From a virus, in the IMG/VR virus record IMGVR_UViG_3300025914_000009, positions 60,984-124,983 of that record: DNA of 64,000 nucleotides. The stretch is one strand, 5' to 3'. Shown one piece after another: positions 25,470 to 35,757 of this stretch (position 1 is its first letter; each line of letters opens with the position of its first letter). The translations under genes were made by a program, and so were the position numbers. The notes beneath the pieces were generated by a model that was not told where the DNA came from, did not search any database, and saw only the letters and a list, made by a program, of their open reading frames with translations.

Positions 25470-26544
25470 TTTTGATGACTTAGCAGGAGAAGTTCAGAGT
25501 GGCATGGATGGTGCCAATGCTGGTGTACCAATGGGGTTTCAGAGGCTGAACAATCACATAAGTATCAGAAAATCAACTAAGTATTTAATAGGAGGCTACA
25601 CTGGTAGTGGCAAAACTGCTCTACTGGATGATGCCTTTGTGTTAAATCCACTAGATTGGTACATTAGGAATTATAGTACTACGAGAATAAGACTGAAGTT
25701 AGTTTACTTTTCTATGGAGAGAAGAAAGAACTTCAAGTTGGCTAAGTGGATTTCCAGAAAGATATTCATGGATCATGGAGTACTTATTCCTGTGACCAGG
25801 TTAATGGGTTGGTGCCCAAGGGATCAGAGGCTAACTCCTGATGAGCATGATCTGTTCCTAATGCACAGAGAGTATATTGAGGCTCTTATGGAAGTGATTA
25901 TCATGATGGATTACCCAGAGAATCCCACAGGGATAAGGAAGTACATGAGGGAATTATATCTGAGGCACGGTAGGGAGGAACAGGTTACAGAGCATAAAAG
26001 GATATATATACCAAATGATCCTAATTTGATTATCATGAAGATCAAAGATCACTCTGGTCTGATAAAGAAAGAGAGTGGTCTTGCTACTAAAAAAGATGTG
26101 ATAGATAAAGCATCTGAAGATGATCGAATGGAAAGGGATTATTATGGGGGTTCTATAGTAGAGGTTTCTCAGTTCAATAGAGATATCTCAAGTCCCCTAA
26201 GGCTCAAATCAGGTGATGTAGAGCCAATGCTTGAGGATTTTAAGGACACTGGAGCTACTCAGGAGGATTCAGATGTGGTTTTATCACTATTTGATCCTAT
26301 GAGATATAAGGTTCCAGACCCCTCAGGGTATGATCTATCCTTACTCCGCTCCAGAGATGGAATGAAGATGTATAGATCCTTAAAAATCCTGAAGAATTCC
26401 TATGGCTCAGATGATATTAGGATAGGTCTTGCATTCCAACCTGTTGTAGGCATGTTTAAGGAAATGCCAAAGATAGGAGATATGACTCCAGAAGTCTATG
26501 AAACTATTTTGAACAATACGTTCTTTTTACCAGAAAACAGATAA
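25462..26544 (+). CDS. DnaB-like replicative helicase
   Basis: GYTGSGKT, FSME, SQFNR, FKDTG...EDSD. Confidence 0.88.
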   Translation: MSDFDDLAGEVQSGMDGANAGVPMGFQRLNNHISIRKSTKYLIGGYTGSGKTALLDDAFVLNPLDWYIRNYSTTRIRLKLVYFSMERRKNFKLAKWISRKIFMDHGVLIPVTRLMGWCPRDQRLTPDEHDLFLMHREYIEALMEVIIMMDYPENPTGIRKYMRELYLRHGREEQVTEHKRIYIPNDPNLIIMKIKDHSGLIKKESGLATKKDVIDKASEDDRMERDYYGGSIVEVSQFNRDISSPLRLKSGDVEPMLEDFKDTGATQEDSDVVLSLFDPMRYKVPDPSGYDLSLLRSRDGMKMYRSLKILKNSYGSDDIRIGLAFQPVVGMFKEMPKIGDMTPEVYETILNNTFFLPENR

Positions 26545-26545
26545 T

Positions 26546-27394
26546 ATGATTAAAACCATCAATTTGAACACAGGAGAGGGATATACTAAAACCGTATTCC
26601 CTGATTCTCAGCCTCATATTCACGTAGATGTAGCTTTGGAAGAGTACCTGGCCAGAGTAATAGTGTCTCTGGACTCCCCAGCAAAACTTCTTGAGCTATG
26701 TATGATATCTAGTGCTTTAGATCATCATAAGACTATCTCAAAGAGTGAGCTCCACATTACCTACTTATTGGGTGCCAGATCTGATAGAAATCATGATCTT
26801 CCCTTAGGGAGCAGCTTTGGTCTGAAAGTGATAGCAGATATCATTAATTCCCTTGAGTTCTTGGATGTATATCTCTATGATCCTCATTCAGATGTAGCCC
26901 CTGCTTTAATCAAAGGTTCAATTGTGGTTAATAATAGGGAGCTGGTGGAGGCTTATGATAAAAAGGATACAATTCTTATTGTTCCTGATGCAGGTGCTTC
27001 CAAAAAGGCACACAAATATGCTGAGTGGAATCCAAATATTAAAGAATCCATACAGTGTATAAAGCATAGAGACCTTTCTAATGGTAAAATAACTCTTGAA
27101 GTTCTTAACCCTGCAACATGTGCTGGGAGGCATTGTGTGATTATTGATGATATCTGTGATGGGGGTGGAACTTTCATTGCTATTGCTAAGCAGCTTAGAG
27201 ATCAGGGATGGAATCCTCTTTCTATGACTCTCATAGTTACTCATGGGATTTTCTCCAAAGGATTTGAGCCACTGGAAGAGTATTTTGATGAGATAATATG
27301 CTCAGACTCACTAGGAGTATGGATACATACAGGTAAAGTCAAAATAAAACAAATAGCTTATGACCCAGACAAATATGGAATTAATGCAGGATGA
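26546..27394 (+). CDS. PRPP-synthetase-like protein (Adps candidate, NARP1)
   Basis: FPD, ARSDR, DPHS, PDAGA, IIDDICDGGGTF, THG. Confidence 0.9.
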   Translation: MIKTINLNTGEGYTKTVFPDSQPHIHVDVALEEYLARVIVSLDSPAKLLELCMISSALDHHKTISKSELHITYLLGARSDRNHDLPLGSSFGLKVIADIINSLEFLDVYLYDPHSDVAPALIKGSIVVNNRELVEAYDKKDTILIVPDAGASKKAHKYAEWNPNIKESIQCIKHRDLSNGKITLEVLNPATCAGRHCVIIDDICDGGGTFIAIAKQLRDQGWNPLSMTLIVTHGIFSKGFEPLEEYFDEIICSDSLGVWIHTGKVKIKQIAYDPDKYGINAG

Positions 27395-27803
27395 ATATCT
27401 AAGACCTGGGGCCTCTTATAGCAGACTCATAATGGAATATTACAAGCACAAGAGCCTCTGTGTAGGTTTTGACTTTGATGGTACTGTTCATGATTATCAT
27501 AATAATGGATCTACCTATCATCTTGTAATTCAATTACTAAGGGATTTAAAGGAAATAGGTTGCACTATTATCTGCTGGACTGCTTACAAGGATCATGCTT
27601 ATATAATGAGATTCCTTGAAGACAACAATATTCCTTTTGATGGAATAAATACAGATGGCATCAAACTCCCCTGGGAAAGCAGGAAACCATTCTTCAGTGC
27701 TCTTCTGGATGACAGGGCTGGTCTCATCCAGGTATATAATGACCTAAAAGACCTTGTGACAACAGTAAAAAGAGAAAAAAATGATAGACCAGAATGTGGT
27801 TGA
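27360..27803 (+). CDS. HAD-like hydrolase
   Basis: FDFDGT, WTA, LDDRAG. Confidence 0.8.
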   Translation: MTQTNMELMQDEYLRPGASYSRLIMEYYKHKSLCVGFDFDGTVHDYHNNGSTYHLVIQLLRDLKEIGCTIICWTAYKDHAYIMRFLEDNNIPFDGINTDGIKLPWESRKPFFSALLDDRAGLIQVYNDLKDLVTTVKREKNDRPECG

Positions 27804-28071
27804 TTACATGGTTGCTAACAATGGCAACTATAACTACCGTAAAGCAGCAGAAGAGTTAATGGAACTAGCTTTAGTCTTAATACAGACAAGTAACAAGAAA
27901 ATCTCAGGTGCTCCTGATGAACAAGAGATTATAGACGAGATAGGAGATGTGGAGATCAGGATGGAAGTATTAAGAAGGCTATTTCCAAAGGACAAAATTG
28001 AGAAAAGGATCGAGTTTAAGATGGATAAATTCCGAGGTTACATAACAACTAAAAAGTATTCTAAATTTTAA
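27781..28071 (+). CDS. MazG-like nucleotide pyrophosphohydrolase
   Basis: EELMEL...DEIGDV. Confidence 0.7.
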   Translation: MIDQNVVDYMVANNGNYNYRKAAEELMELALVLIQTSNKKISGAPDEQEIIDEIGDVEIRMEVLRRLFPKDKIEKRIEFKMDKFRGYITTKKYSKF

Positions 28072-28073
28072 TT

Positions 28074-28568
28074 ATGAAAGTAGTACAGGCACCACAAAGA
28101 GCAGACTGGTACATACCAGTCAGTATATTTTTGGCAGGATCAATTGAGATGGGACTAGCATCAGGATGGCAGGAAGAGGCAATTGAGTTATTTGAGAAAT
28201 TCATTCCAAAGAAGCTGAACAATAAGTATCAGATTCTCAATCCCCGAAGGGATGACTGGGACAATAGTTGGGATAACTCTTTTGAAGATCCAACATTTAG
28301 TCAGCAGGTAAACTGGGAGCTCAGAGGTCTTGAGAAGGCTGATATGAGACTCTTCTATTTTGATCCAGGAACAATCTCTCCCATCAGCCTACTTGAGTTA
28401 GGTAGATATGGATTCAGTGGAACGGTTGTAGTATGCCCTGAGGGGTATGAAAGGAAGGGAAATGTAGATATCTTCTGTGACAGAATGAGCATTATGCAAA
28501 AGGATACGCTTGAAGAAGCAGCAAAGTACATAATTAAACAAACTAAAAGCAGGGCAAGTTATGGGTAA
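28074..28568 (+). CDS. nucleoside 2-deoxyribosyltransferase-like protein
   Basis: IFLAGSI, NPRR, QVNWE, SPISLLELG. Confidence 0.85.
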   Translation: MKVVQAPQRADWYIPVSIFLAGSIEMGLASGWQEEAIELFEKFIPKKLNNKYQILNPRRDDWDNSWDNSFEDPTFSQQVNWELRGLEKADMRLFYFDPGTISPISLLELGRYGFSGTVVVCPEGYERKGNVDIFCDRMSIMQKDTLEEAAKYIIKQTKSRASYG

Positions 28569-28860
28569 AACAGAAATCACACCTGGAGCCAAACTTAAAT
28601 GTATTTTCTCACAGAAGCTTCCTGGAAAAGAGTATGCTCCTGCATTGAAACAAGATCAAGAGTATGAATGTAAGAGTATCCATCTGGACTCTAAAGGTAA
28701 TCCTCACATTGATGTGGGTCTGCCTTTGGAGCTAAATTATGTAAAAAGTTATGCTACGGGAGAGGAACTTCCTGGTACAACTCATTGGTGTCACCCGAAC
28801 AGGTTTGTTGTAACTGAGCAACCTGCTCACAAATATGCTGATGGAGGTCAGTATTTTTAG
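28561..28860 (+). CDS. hypothetical protein
   Basis: Coupled ORF. Confidence 0.7.
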   Translation: MGKTEITPGAKLKCIFSQKLPGKEYAPALKQDQEYECKSIHLDSKGNPHIDVGLPLELNYVKSYATGEELPGTTHWCHPNRFVVTEQPAHKYADGGQYF

Positions 28861-28862
28861 TT

Positions 28863-30428
28863 ATGAAAATCAATCCACTGAATCTGATAGATTTCTATAA
28901 GGCTGATCACAGGAGACAATATCCTAAGGATACTACTCTTGTTTTCTCCAATTTTACTCCACGGAAGAGCAGAATCCCTGGTGTTGATCATGTAGTATTC
29001 TTTGGTTTACAATACTTTATCAAAGAATATCTGATCAAACAGTGGAATGAAAACTTCTTCCAAAAACCACTAGATGATGTTGTTAAGTCTTTCAACCGTC
29101 GCAAGGATAGTTCACTTGGGCCCAATTCCATTGGTAGTGATCATATTGTTGCTCTTCATGAACTGGGGTATCTCCCTTTACAAATTATGGCTCTACCTGA
29201 AGGCTCGAAAGTCCCAATCAGAGTACCCCCTCTTATAATGTGGAATACCAGACCTGAGTTCTTCTGGTTGGTAAACTATCTAGAAACCTGTATGTCAGCC
29301 TCTTTATGGCAAGGTTCTACCTCTGCTACACTGGCTGCTGAATATAGGAAATTGCTCAATAGCTGGGCTCTTAAGACTGGTAGCCCTAAACAGATCAATG
29401 AGTTTGTGCAGTGGCAAGGCCATGACTTCTCCTTTAGAGGCATGAGCAGTATTGAATCTGCAGCAATCTCAGGAGCAGGACATCTTTTATCTTTCACAGG
29501 TACTGATACTGTCCCAGCCATAGATTTCCTTGAAGAGTACTACAATGCAGATGCAGATAGTGAGCTCATAGGTGGTTCTGTACCAGCAACCGAGCACTCT
29601 GTAATGTGTATGGGTATGCAGGGAGGCGAGTTTGAGACATTTAAGAGACTTATTACTGAAATATACCCCTCAGGGATAGTGAGTATAGTCTCCGACACAT
29701 GGGATCTCTGGACAGTTCTAACTGATTATTTACCAAGGCTTAAGGATGTAATTCTGGCAAGAGAAGGTAAGGTGGTTATCAGACCTGATTCAGGTGATCC
29801 TGTGGATATTATCTGTGGACTTCCTCCAGATTCAGCCAGTCTCCTAGGGAATGGTAAATGGCTACATACATACAAAGGTGGTGTAAAAGAGGGGAGTCCT
29901 CAACAGAAAGGTGTAATAGAACTCCTCTGGGACATCTTCGGAGGTAAAATCAATGAAAATGGATACAAAGAGCTTGACTCTCATATTGGCGCTATCTATG
30001 GGGATTCCATTAATTTGGATCGGGCTAACTCAATTTGTCAAAGATTGGAAGCTAAGGGCTTTGCTTCAACTAATATTGTTCTGGGTATCGGTAGTTATAC
30101 TTATCAGTATAATACTCGTGATACACAAGGCTGGGCTATGAAAGCTACCTATGGGGAGCTTCTCCCAACACCTTATCATAATGTCCCTGTAGAAAGAGAG
30201 ATCTTTAAGGATCCAATAACTGATGATGGAACTAAGAAGTCTGCTAAAGGTCTTATAGCTGTATATAAAGTATATGATGATCCAGAGTCAGATAATTATA
30301 GCTATCACATGACTGATCAGGCTACTTGGGATATGGTAAAAAATTGTGCTCTTAAGCCAGTCTTTATAGACGGAAAACTGATGATAGATGATAGTCTTGC
30401 TAATATTCGGGCAAGAGTAGCAATGTAA
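28863..30428 (+). CDS. nicotinamide phosphoribosyltransferase-like protein (Namat/Nampt)
   Basis: DFYK..H, HDFSFRG, ATEHSVM, SIVSDT, RPDSGDP, KKSAKG. Confidence 0.93.
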   Translation: MKINPLNLIDFYKADHRRQYPKDTTLVFSNFTPRKSRIPGVDHVVFFGLQYFIKEYLIKQWNENFFQKPLDDVVKSFNRRKDSSLGPNSIGSDHIVALHELGYLPLQIMALPEGSKVPIRVPPLIMWNTRPEFFWLVNYLETCMSASLWQGSTSATLAAEYRKLLNSWALKTGSPKQINEFVQWQGHDFSFRGMSSIESAAISGAGHLLSFTGTDTVPAIDFLEEYYNADADSELIGGSVPATEHSVMCMGMQGGEFETFKRLITEIYPSGIVSIVSDTWDLWTVLTDYLPRLKDVILAREGKVVIRPDSGDPVDIICGLPPDSASLLGNGKWLHTYKGGVKEGSPQQKGVIELLWDIFGGKINENGYKELDSHIGAIYGDSINLDRANSICQRLEAKGFASTNIVLGIGSYTYQYNTRDTQGWAMKATYGELLPTPYHNVPVEREIFKDPITDDGTKKSAKGLIAVYKVYDDPESDNYSYHMTDQATWDMVKNCALKPVFIDGKLMIDDSLANIRARVAM

Positions 30429-30457
30429 TCTATTAGTTAAAATTAAATTTTAATCAC

Positions 30458-31303
30458 ATGTTCAAATTACTAAGAAGAGTAGCTAACCCAATAGTAGCTA
30501 TTACTAAATCTGACGCTGCGATAGTTCGTGAAATTCACGATGATTTTGAAACAGCTTCTCAGAAAGCCTTAAATGAGGCTAAAAAGATCCTTGAGAGTTT
30601 GAATAATGCAGATGCTAAAGCTCAGGTAGATGCTTTAAAATCTGCAGGGTTTAATAATGTCCCTATAGTAAAGCAATGGCACGCAGAGGACTTGAAAAGG
30701 GCTGAGGCTGAGAAGAGAATTGCTGCTGTGGAAAAATATGCCATAAAATATCCTGGTCAGAAGTTCATCTTTATAGATCAGGTTAAGGCTATTTGCCAAA
30801 AGTACGGTCTTCTATGTGTTCCTGCATATAAATACAAAGGAGATGTTCCTCAAAAGAACATCTTGGAAATCAGCAAGTTCAAGGCTCTTCCAGAAGATAC
30901 TTATCTGGAACAAACTAATCGCTTTAGTGACAGAGTAGAGTTCGACTTTACTAAGAGGCACAACTTTGTTGATAGCAAACAAGCTCAAAAGATGAGAGAT
31001 GATGTCAACCGTAGAAACTCTTATCTACTGAATGACCAGAGCTTATGGCCTACTGGAACGGCTTTGCCTAGCTACCCTTCCTATACCTCTATGCCAACAT
31101 TCACCTCAGTCCCATTATTTATCTGTGCCCCTAAGGGAGATTTGATAGTGGATGATAATGACAAAGTGCACAATGGGGTCTTTATGAGTAGGGAGATCAA
31201 AGATCCTATTGTCCTGCACTATGTGGGTGATGGTTTCCTGATTGTCTCTAAATGGGGCCCTGAGGCTGAAGATAAAGATCTCGTGAATGAAAATATGAAC
31301 TAA
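30458..31303 (+). CDS. conserved phage hypothetical protein
   Basis: C.KYGL, DPIVL...LIVSKWG.EA. Confidence 0.8.
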   Translation: MFKLLRRVANPIVAITKSDAAIVREIHDDFETASQKALNEAKKILESLNNADAKAQVDALKSAGFNNVPIVKQWHAEDLKRAEAEKRIAAVEKYAIKYPGQKFIFIDQVKAICQKYGLLCVPAYKYKGDVPQKNILEISKFKALPEDTYLEQTNRFSDRVEFDFTKRHNFVDSKQAQKMRDDVNRRNSYLLNDQSLWPTGTALPSYPSYTSMPTFTSVPLFICAPKGDLIVDDNDKVHNGVFMSREIKDPIVLHYVGDGFLIVSKWGPEAEDKDLVNENMN

Positions 31304-31542
31304 TGGGACTATTGGAAGCTCAGATAAAAGCTGCCTTGGCTATTCAAAGGACTGAGGCAGCTCTTTCAGAAGCAAGAGGTAATCTAGCTACGCATTTCCC
31401 TGCTGAAAGTAGAGAACATATGGATGCCTTTCTTGCCTATATAGATTCTCTAATCAGTATTTCCATATCCCTAGGGAGGGTAAAAGAACTTCACGAAAAC
31501 TGCCTAAAAGATGACCAAAGAAACACGCAAAAAGAGGGCTGA
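31303..31542 (+). CDS. hypothetical protein
   Basis: Coupled ORF. Confidence 0.6.
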   Translation: MGLLEAQIKAALAIQRTEAALSEARGNLATHFPAESREHMDAFLAYIDSLISISISLGRVKELHENCLKDDQRNTQKEG

Positions 31543-31699
31543 AATCCTCGAAAAGATTAGGAAATCTGAGGAAAAAGAGGTAAATTTGATACCTTTTTCA
31601 CCTCAATCTTCTAACCAATTCTTTCTGGGTTTCAAACTTAATAGTGACAAGGTAAATCAAATGTGGAGATGGGATACCCTCGAAGATGTTAAATTGTAA
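31511..31699 (+). CDS. hypothetical protein
   Basis: Overlapping ORF. Confidence 0.55.
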   Translation: MTKETRKKRAEILEKIRKSEEKEVNLIPFSPQSSNQFFLGFKLNSDKVNQMWRWDTLEDVKL

Positions 31700-31707
31700 A
31701 TTCATAT

Positions 31708-32403
31708 ATGGCTAACAAAACTATCAGAGATTATCACAAGATTTGCTTGGTAAGCCCCCCAGGGAAGGGTAAGACTTTCAGCTTTAGGAACATGAGTGAA
31801 TCTACTACAGGATTTGTGAATGCTGAGAATAAACCTTTGCCTATTGAGAGAACTTTCAAACACTATGCAAAGCCAAAGAAGTTTGCAGGAGCTTTAAAAG
31901 CTATTGAGGATTATGCAAAGAATCCAGAAATAGACTGCATAGTAGTAGATAGCATGTCTGAAATATTTAACATGTTACTTGAAGAGATGAGAGTTAACTT
32001 TAGGGGATTTGATGTATGGGATAATTATAATAGAGGTATTAGTAAACTTATGAACTTGGTCAAATCTGTGGAAAAGGAAATGTTCCTCACTGCTCACTAT
32101 GAAGTGATAAACATTGAGGGAGAACCTGAGAAAAGGATTAAGACTAAAGGTAAAGAGTGGGAAGGCATGATCGAGAAAGAGTTTACCATTGTCCTGTATG
32201 CTGATAGTAAGTTTGAAAATGATAAACCAAAGTACTTCTTCAAACTGGCTGCTGAAGGTACAAGCGCTAAGTGCCCTCCAGGGGTGTTTGGTACTGATGT
32301 GTTCAAAATACCTAATGATAGCAATGAAGTTCTGAAGAAAGTAGTCGAATTTGCAAAGAAGTCTGAGAGACAAGTAACTGATACAGAAGCTTTATTTAAT
32401 TAA
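31708..32403 (+). CDS. AAA_24/Sak4-like ATPase
   Basis: PGKGKT, ENKPLP, VVDS, AH, SAKCP. Confidence 0.85.
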   Translation: MANKTIRDYHKICLVSPPGKGKTFSFRNMSESTTGFVNAENKPLPIERTFKHYAKPKKFAGALKAIEDYAKNPEIDCIVVDSMSEIFNMLLEEMRVNFRGFDVWDNYNRGISKLMNLVKSVEKEMFLTAHYEVINIEGEPEKRIKTKGKEWEGMIEKEFTIVLYADSKFENDKPKYFFKLAAEGTSAKCPPGVFGTDVFKIPNDSNEVLKKVVEFAKKSERQVTDTEALFN

Positions 32404-32416
32404 TAAAAAGTAATAT

Positions 32417-33250
32417 ATGAGTAAGATCTTCGAAAAACTTTTAGAAGACTTCAAGAAAGCTAATTTGGCTGCTAAGGAAAAACTGGCAGCCAAATATGGC
32501 TTTTCTAGCACTAGTGAATATCTTAAATATCTGGAATCCCAGATTGCTGTAGATACAGCACTAGTTGAGGTGAAGACTACTACACCTAAAACAAAAAAGA
32601 AAACCAAGGTAGTAGAACGTATCACCGTACATAATGTACATATCCTTGATGCCTCAGGGAGTATGTCAGGCCCCAAGTTTAATGCAGCCCTCACAGGTAT
32701 AAATAAGGAAGTAGAAGAGATGAGAAAGGATAACTCTACTGACGTTACCCAAACTGTGGTACATTTCTCCGATCCTTATGATATCCAGACAGCTTTCTGG
32801 AAGACTCCTCTAGGGAAAGTAGGAACCTTTCATGCTGTGACAAGGGGTTCTACTGCACTCCTGCAGACTGTAGGTGAAACACTTACAAAGCTTCTCTCCG
32901 AGGCTAATGGTAAGGATAAAGTTCTAGTGAAGATCTTCACAGATGGTCAGGAGAACTCTACAGCAATGAACTCGCCATGGAGAAGCACTAAAGCAGTAGC
33001 AGATCTCATCAAAGAATGCGAGGCTAAAGGTTTCACTATTACCTTTGTTGGTACAGAGGAAGATGTAGCTTACGTCATAAGACTATTATCTGTTGACAAA
33101 ACCAATACCCTTTCTCATAAAAACACTGCAGAAAGCATTGGTGCTACTTATATGATGTCTACTGTGGCAACTGCTAAGTTCAGAAGTTCTGCTTCTCGCG
33201 GGGAAGATGTGAGCCGTGGATTCTATAGTAAGGAAACTGGTACATTATAA
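32417..33250 (+). CDS. vWA domain protein
   Basis: LDASGSM, GSTAL, FTDGQEN. Confidence 0.88.
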   Translation: MSKIFEKLLEDFKKANLAAKEKLAAKYGFSSTSEYLKYLESQIAVDTALVEVKTTTPKTKKKTKVVERITVHNVHILDASGSMSGPKFNAALTGINKEVEEMRKDNSTDVTQTVVHFSDPYDIQTAFWKTPLGKVGTFHAVTRGSTALLQTVGETLTKLLSEANGKDKVLVKIFTDGQENSTAMNSPWRSTKAVADLIKECEAKGFTITFVGTEEDVAYVIRLLSVDKTNTLSHKNTAESIGATYMMSTVATAKFRSSASRGEDVSRGFYSKETGTL

Positions 33251-33261
33251 ACTACACACAT

Positions 33262-33825
33262 ATGACAAAATTCAGAGATCTAAAAGTTGGTGAGAAACTG
33301 AGCGAAACTCAGTACTATTCAGTGGTTAAGATTGTGGGAGATAAGGTACAATTGAAAGCAGACAATGGAGAGGATATAGTTCTTAATAAAGGCTATGTAG
33401 AAAATCTCCTGACTTCCTCAACTCAGTTCGAAAGAGAGGAAGCCATAACTAAAACAGACGCAGCAGCCCTATTTCTGGCTTCCCCAGGGGTTGTTATGAC
33501 TGTTAATTTTAACACTCAGGTTAAGGAAAAAGATGCCATCGAGCAATTAAGAGACATCTATCCTAACAAAGGTGGGAAAATGACCAGTGAGGCAGATTAT
33601 ACAAAGAAAGTAAAAGAGATCATCTCTTCTGTAATCACTGGTAAAGAGAGAACAATGGTAGGAAGACACTATGGTTCTCAGAATGAGTTTGGAAGAGTTA
33701 GCTTCATTGATATGGAAGTTGATAAAGATCCTTCCAAACCTGACTATGATTCCAGAACAAGACAGGTTGACCCCCGCACAATTAACTGGATGATCATAAG
33801 AAGTGTTAAGTATAAAATAAAGTAA
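33262..33825 (+). CDS. conserved hypothetical protein
   Basis: LSETQYY, R.MVG.HY, RQVDPRTI. Confidence 0.8.
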   Translation: MTKFRDLKVGEKLSETQYYSVVKIVGDKVQLKADNGEDIVLNKGYVENLLTSSTQFEREEAITKTDAAALFLASPGVVMTVNFNTQVKEKDAIEQLRDIYPNKGGKMTSEADYTKKVKEIISSVITGKERTMVGRHYGSQNEFGRVSFIDMEVDKDPSKPDYDSRTRQVDPRTINWMIIRSVKYKIK

Positions 33826-33829
33826 GCAT

Positions 33830-34687
33830 ATGAGTATCAAAGGTAAAGCAAGAGAGCAAAAGGAGTTTGTAAAGAAAACTGGGTTCTTTGAAGGAGAAGT
33901 GATAGCTATTAATCCTGACAGGGAAAAGCTGGAGAAGATTCTCAGTACAACACTGGAAAAAGATCCAGAATATTTAGGTAAGGAAGATAAAGATGGGAGA
34001 GAAATTGTGAAATTAAACATTGTGGCATGGATCAGGGATGTGAAAACAGGAGAACTTCGGAGTATCAGATTCTTTTTGAAAGATGTGGAGAAGGAAAATA
34101 AGGATAAGACCAAAAAGCAGTATATCAATGATGTTGGTATGACTACTTGGGCAGATGATCCCAAGAATCTTGCTGATTGGTTTACATCCAGGTCATATAG
34201 AGTGGCCCATGAAGGTGAAGAGGAATTATATAACTTTGCTATTACCTGGCTGAATAAGCTTGATACCAGAGATGCTGAGACAGTTTTAGCATTTGACTGG
34301 ACTAAACTGATGAGAGGAAATGTCAAGGAGATCGCAGACCAGATAAATGGTGAATATAGTGGTACAATATGCTGCCTGGTGACTATGAGGACTGTCGATA
34401 AGGAAGGTGCACCAATGGAGTATGAACAAGTGTATAATAAAGAGTTCCTGCCTGGTTATGCTATGAAGCAGATCAGATTGAGGAAGATTGATAATAGCTT
34501 CATAGAAGGAGCTAGAGGAACTGAGAAGAAGAAAAGAACCAAACTGCAGAAGTTTGTTCTAAACATTGTTGACCCTCAGTATGGAATAAAAGATCATTTT
34601 ACACTTGGAGAACTAACTCCATATGATTCTACTAAGAATATTACATCTGGAAATTCAGTGATCGCTGAAGACGATACAAGCTATTAG
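33830..34687 (+). CDS. putative ssDNA-binding protein
   Basis: V.AINP...L, K.QYIN..G...W, GEEELY.F; acidic tail; sits before the primase as in crAss-like phages. Confidence 0.6.
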   Translation: MSIKGKAREQKEFVKKTGFFEGEVIAINPDREKLEKILSTTLEKDPEYLGKEDKDGREIVKLNIVAWIRDVKTGELRSIRFFLKDVEKENKDKTKKQYINDVGMTTWADDPKNLADWFTSRSYRVAHEGEEELYNFAITWLNKLDTRDAETVLAFDWTKLMRGNVKEIADQINGEYSGTICCLVTMRTVDKEGAPMEYEQVYNKEFLPGYAMKQIRLRKIDNSFIEGARGTEKKKRTKLQKFVLNIVDPQYGIKDHFTLGELTPYDSTKNITSGNSVIAEDDTSY

Positions 34688-34715
34688 TTCATGATTCGGT
34701 TTTTTTTTCATTTTG

Positions 34716-34746
34716 ACCCTGCTATTCCTAGCGGGGTTTTTCTTTT
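34716..34746 (+). terminator. intrinsic terminator
   Basis: accctgcta-ttcc-tagcggggt followed by a T run. Confidence 0.75.
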
Positions 34747-34754
34747 TAACTTTG
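34747..34754 (+). promoter_or_regulatory. Bacteroidota -7 element TAnnTTTG
   Basis: TAACTTTG, 4 nt before the primase ATG. Confidence 0.65.
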
Positions 34755-34758
34755 TATC

Positions 34759-35757
34759 ATGATAAAAGGAGCTAAAAGAGTAGACCTCTCTATTGATACT
34801 ATCCTTGAGAAGGTGAGTGAGTATGAGATATACAGATACTATATTGGTCATGATTTTGTGCTAGGAAAGACATTCTGTTCCCCTTTTAGGAAGGAGAGCG
34901 ATCCTAGCTTCTCTGTAATAGTTTCTAAATCAGGGAGATTGCATCATCTTGATTATGGAGACTCTACAAAGAGGGGGGATTGTGTAGATCTTGTTAGGCA
35001 AATGTATATGGGTATTAGCTACTGGGCTGCCCTAAGGATGATTGCCAGAGACTTTGGACTACTCCAGTCCCATGGGGCTAAGAGAGAAAAAGTATCTGTG
35101 GCAGATCCACTGCCTAAAAAGGATTACCTTATTCAGGTTGTGACTAGAAGATTTGATAGTGCAGAGCTGGCTTACTGGGCATCCTACCACATTACTGAAA
35201 AGGAACTGGAACAGAATGATGTATATGCAGTTAAGAAGCTTTATCTGGATAGAGAAAGGATAATGATACCACCAACTGATATGGTATTTGGATATCTTAT
35301 GGGTGATAATAAGGACAAGTGGAAGATCTATAGGCCCCTTGGGGATAAGCGGAACAAATGGCTAACTAATGTACCTAATAGATACATTAATGGATTAGAT
35401 AGGATTATCAATAACTGTAAAGTTGGAGTAATAACCAAGTCTAAGAAGGATGAAATGGTTTTAGCTAAATTCCTACCCAATGTAGCTTCTGTGCAGAGTG
35501 AAAATGAGATAGCTATAACAAAAGAAAATATAGATCTTATTACTCAAAGATGTGGTAAAGTTTACCTTAATTTTGATAGTGATGATGTAGGTGTACAAGC
35601 ATGTAAGTACTACAATCAGTTTGGATTCAAGTGGATTAACTGTCCGAAAGGGTATACTACACCCGAGGGCAAAGCAATTAAGGACTTTGCGGATCTGGCA
35701 AAGTATCAAGGATTAGAAGTTGTTATCAATCATTTTAAGCAAAAAGGTGTTATATGA
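34759..35757 (+). CDS. DNA primase
   Basis: SPFR.E..PSF, D.G, KIYRP, TOPRIM ITKS.KD / FDSD..G, KDFAD. Confidence 0.88.
   Translation: MIKGAKRVDLSIDTILEKVSEYEIYRYYIGHDFVLGKTFCSPFRKESDPSFSVIVSKSGRLHHLDYGDSTKRGDCVDLVRQMYMGISYWAALRMIARDFGLLQSHGAKREKVSVADPLPKKDYLIQVVTRRFDSAELAYWASYHITEKELEQNDVYAVKKLYLDRERIMIPPTDMVFGYLMGDNKDKWKIYRPLGDKRNKWLTNVPNRYINGLDRIINNCKVGVITKSKKDEMVLAKFLPNVASVQSENEIAITKENIDLITQRCGKVYLNFDSDDVGVQACKYYNQFGFKWINCPKGYTTPEGKAIKDFADLAKYQGLEVVINHFKQKGVI

Noticed and set aside
33547-34326. 259-aa minus-strand ORF and other antisense ORFs in the track
   Set aside because: Shadows of well-supported opposite-strand genes, with S/F/L-rich composition and no motifs
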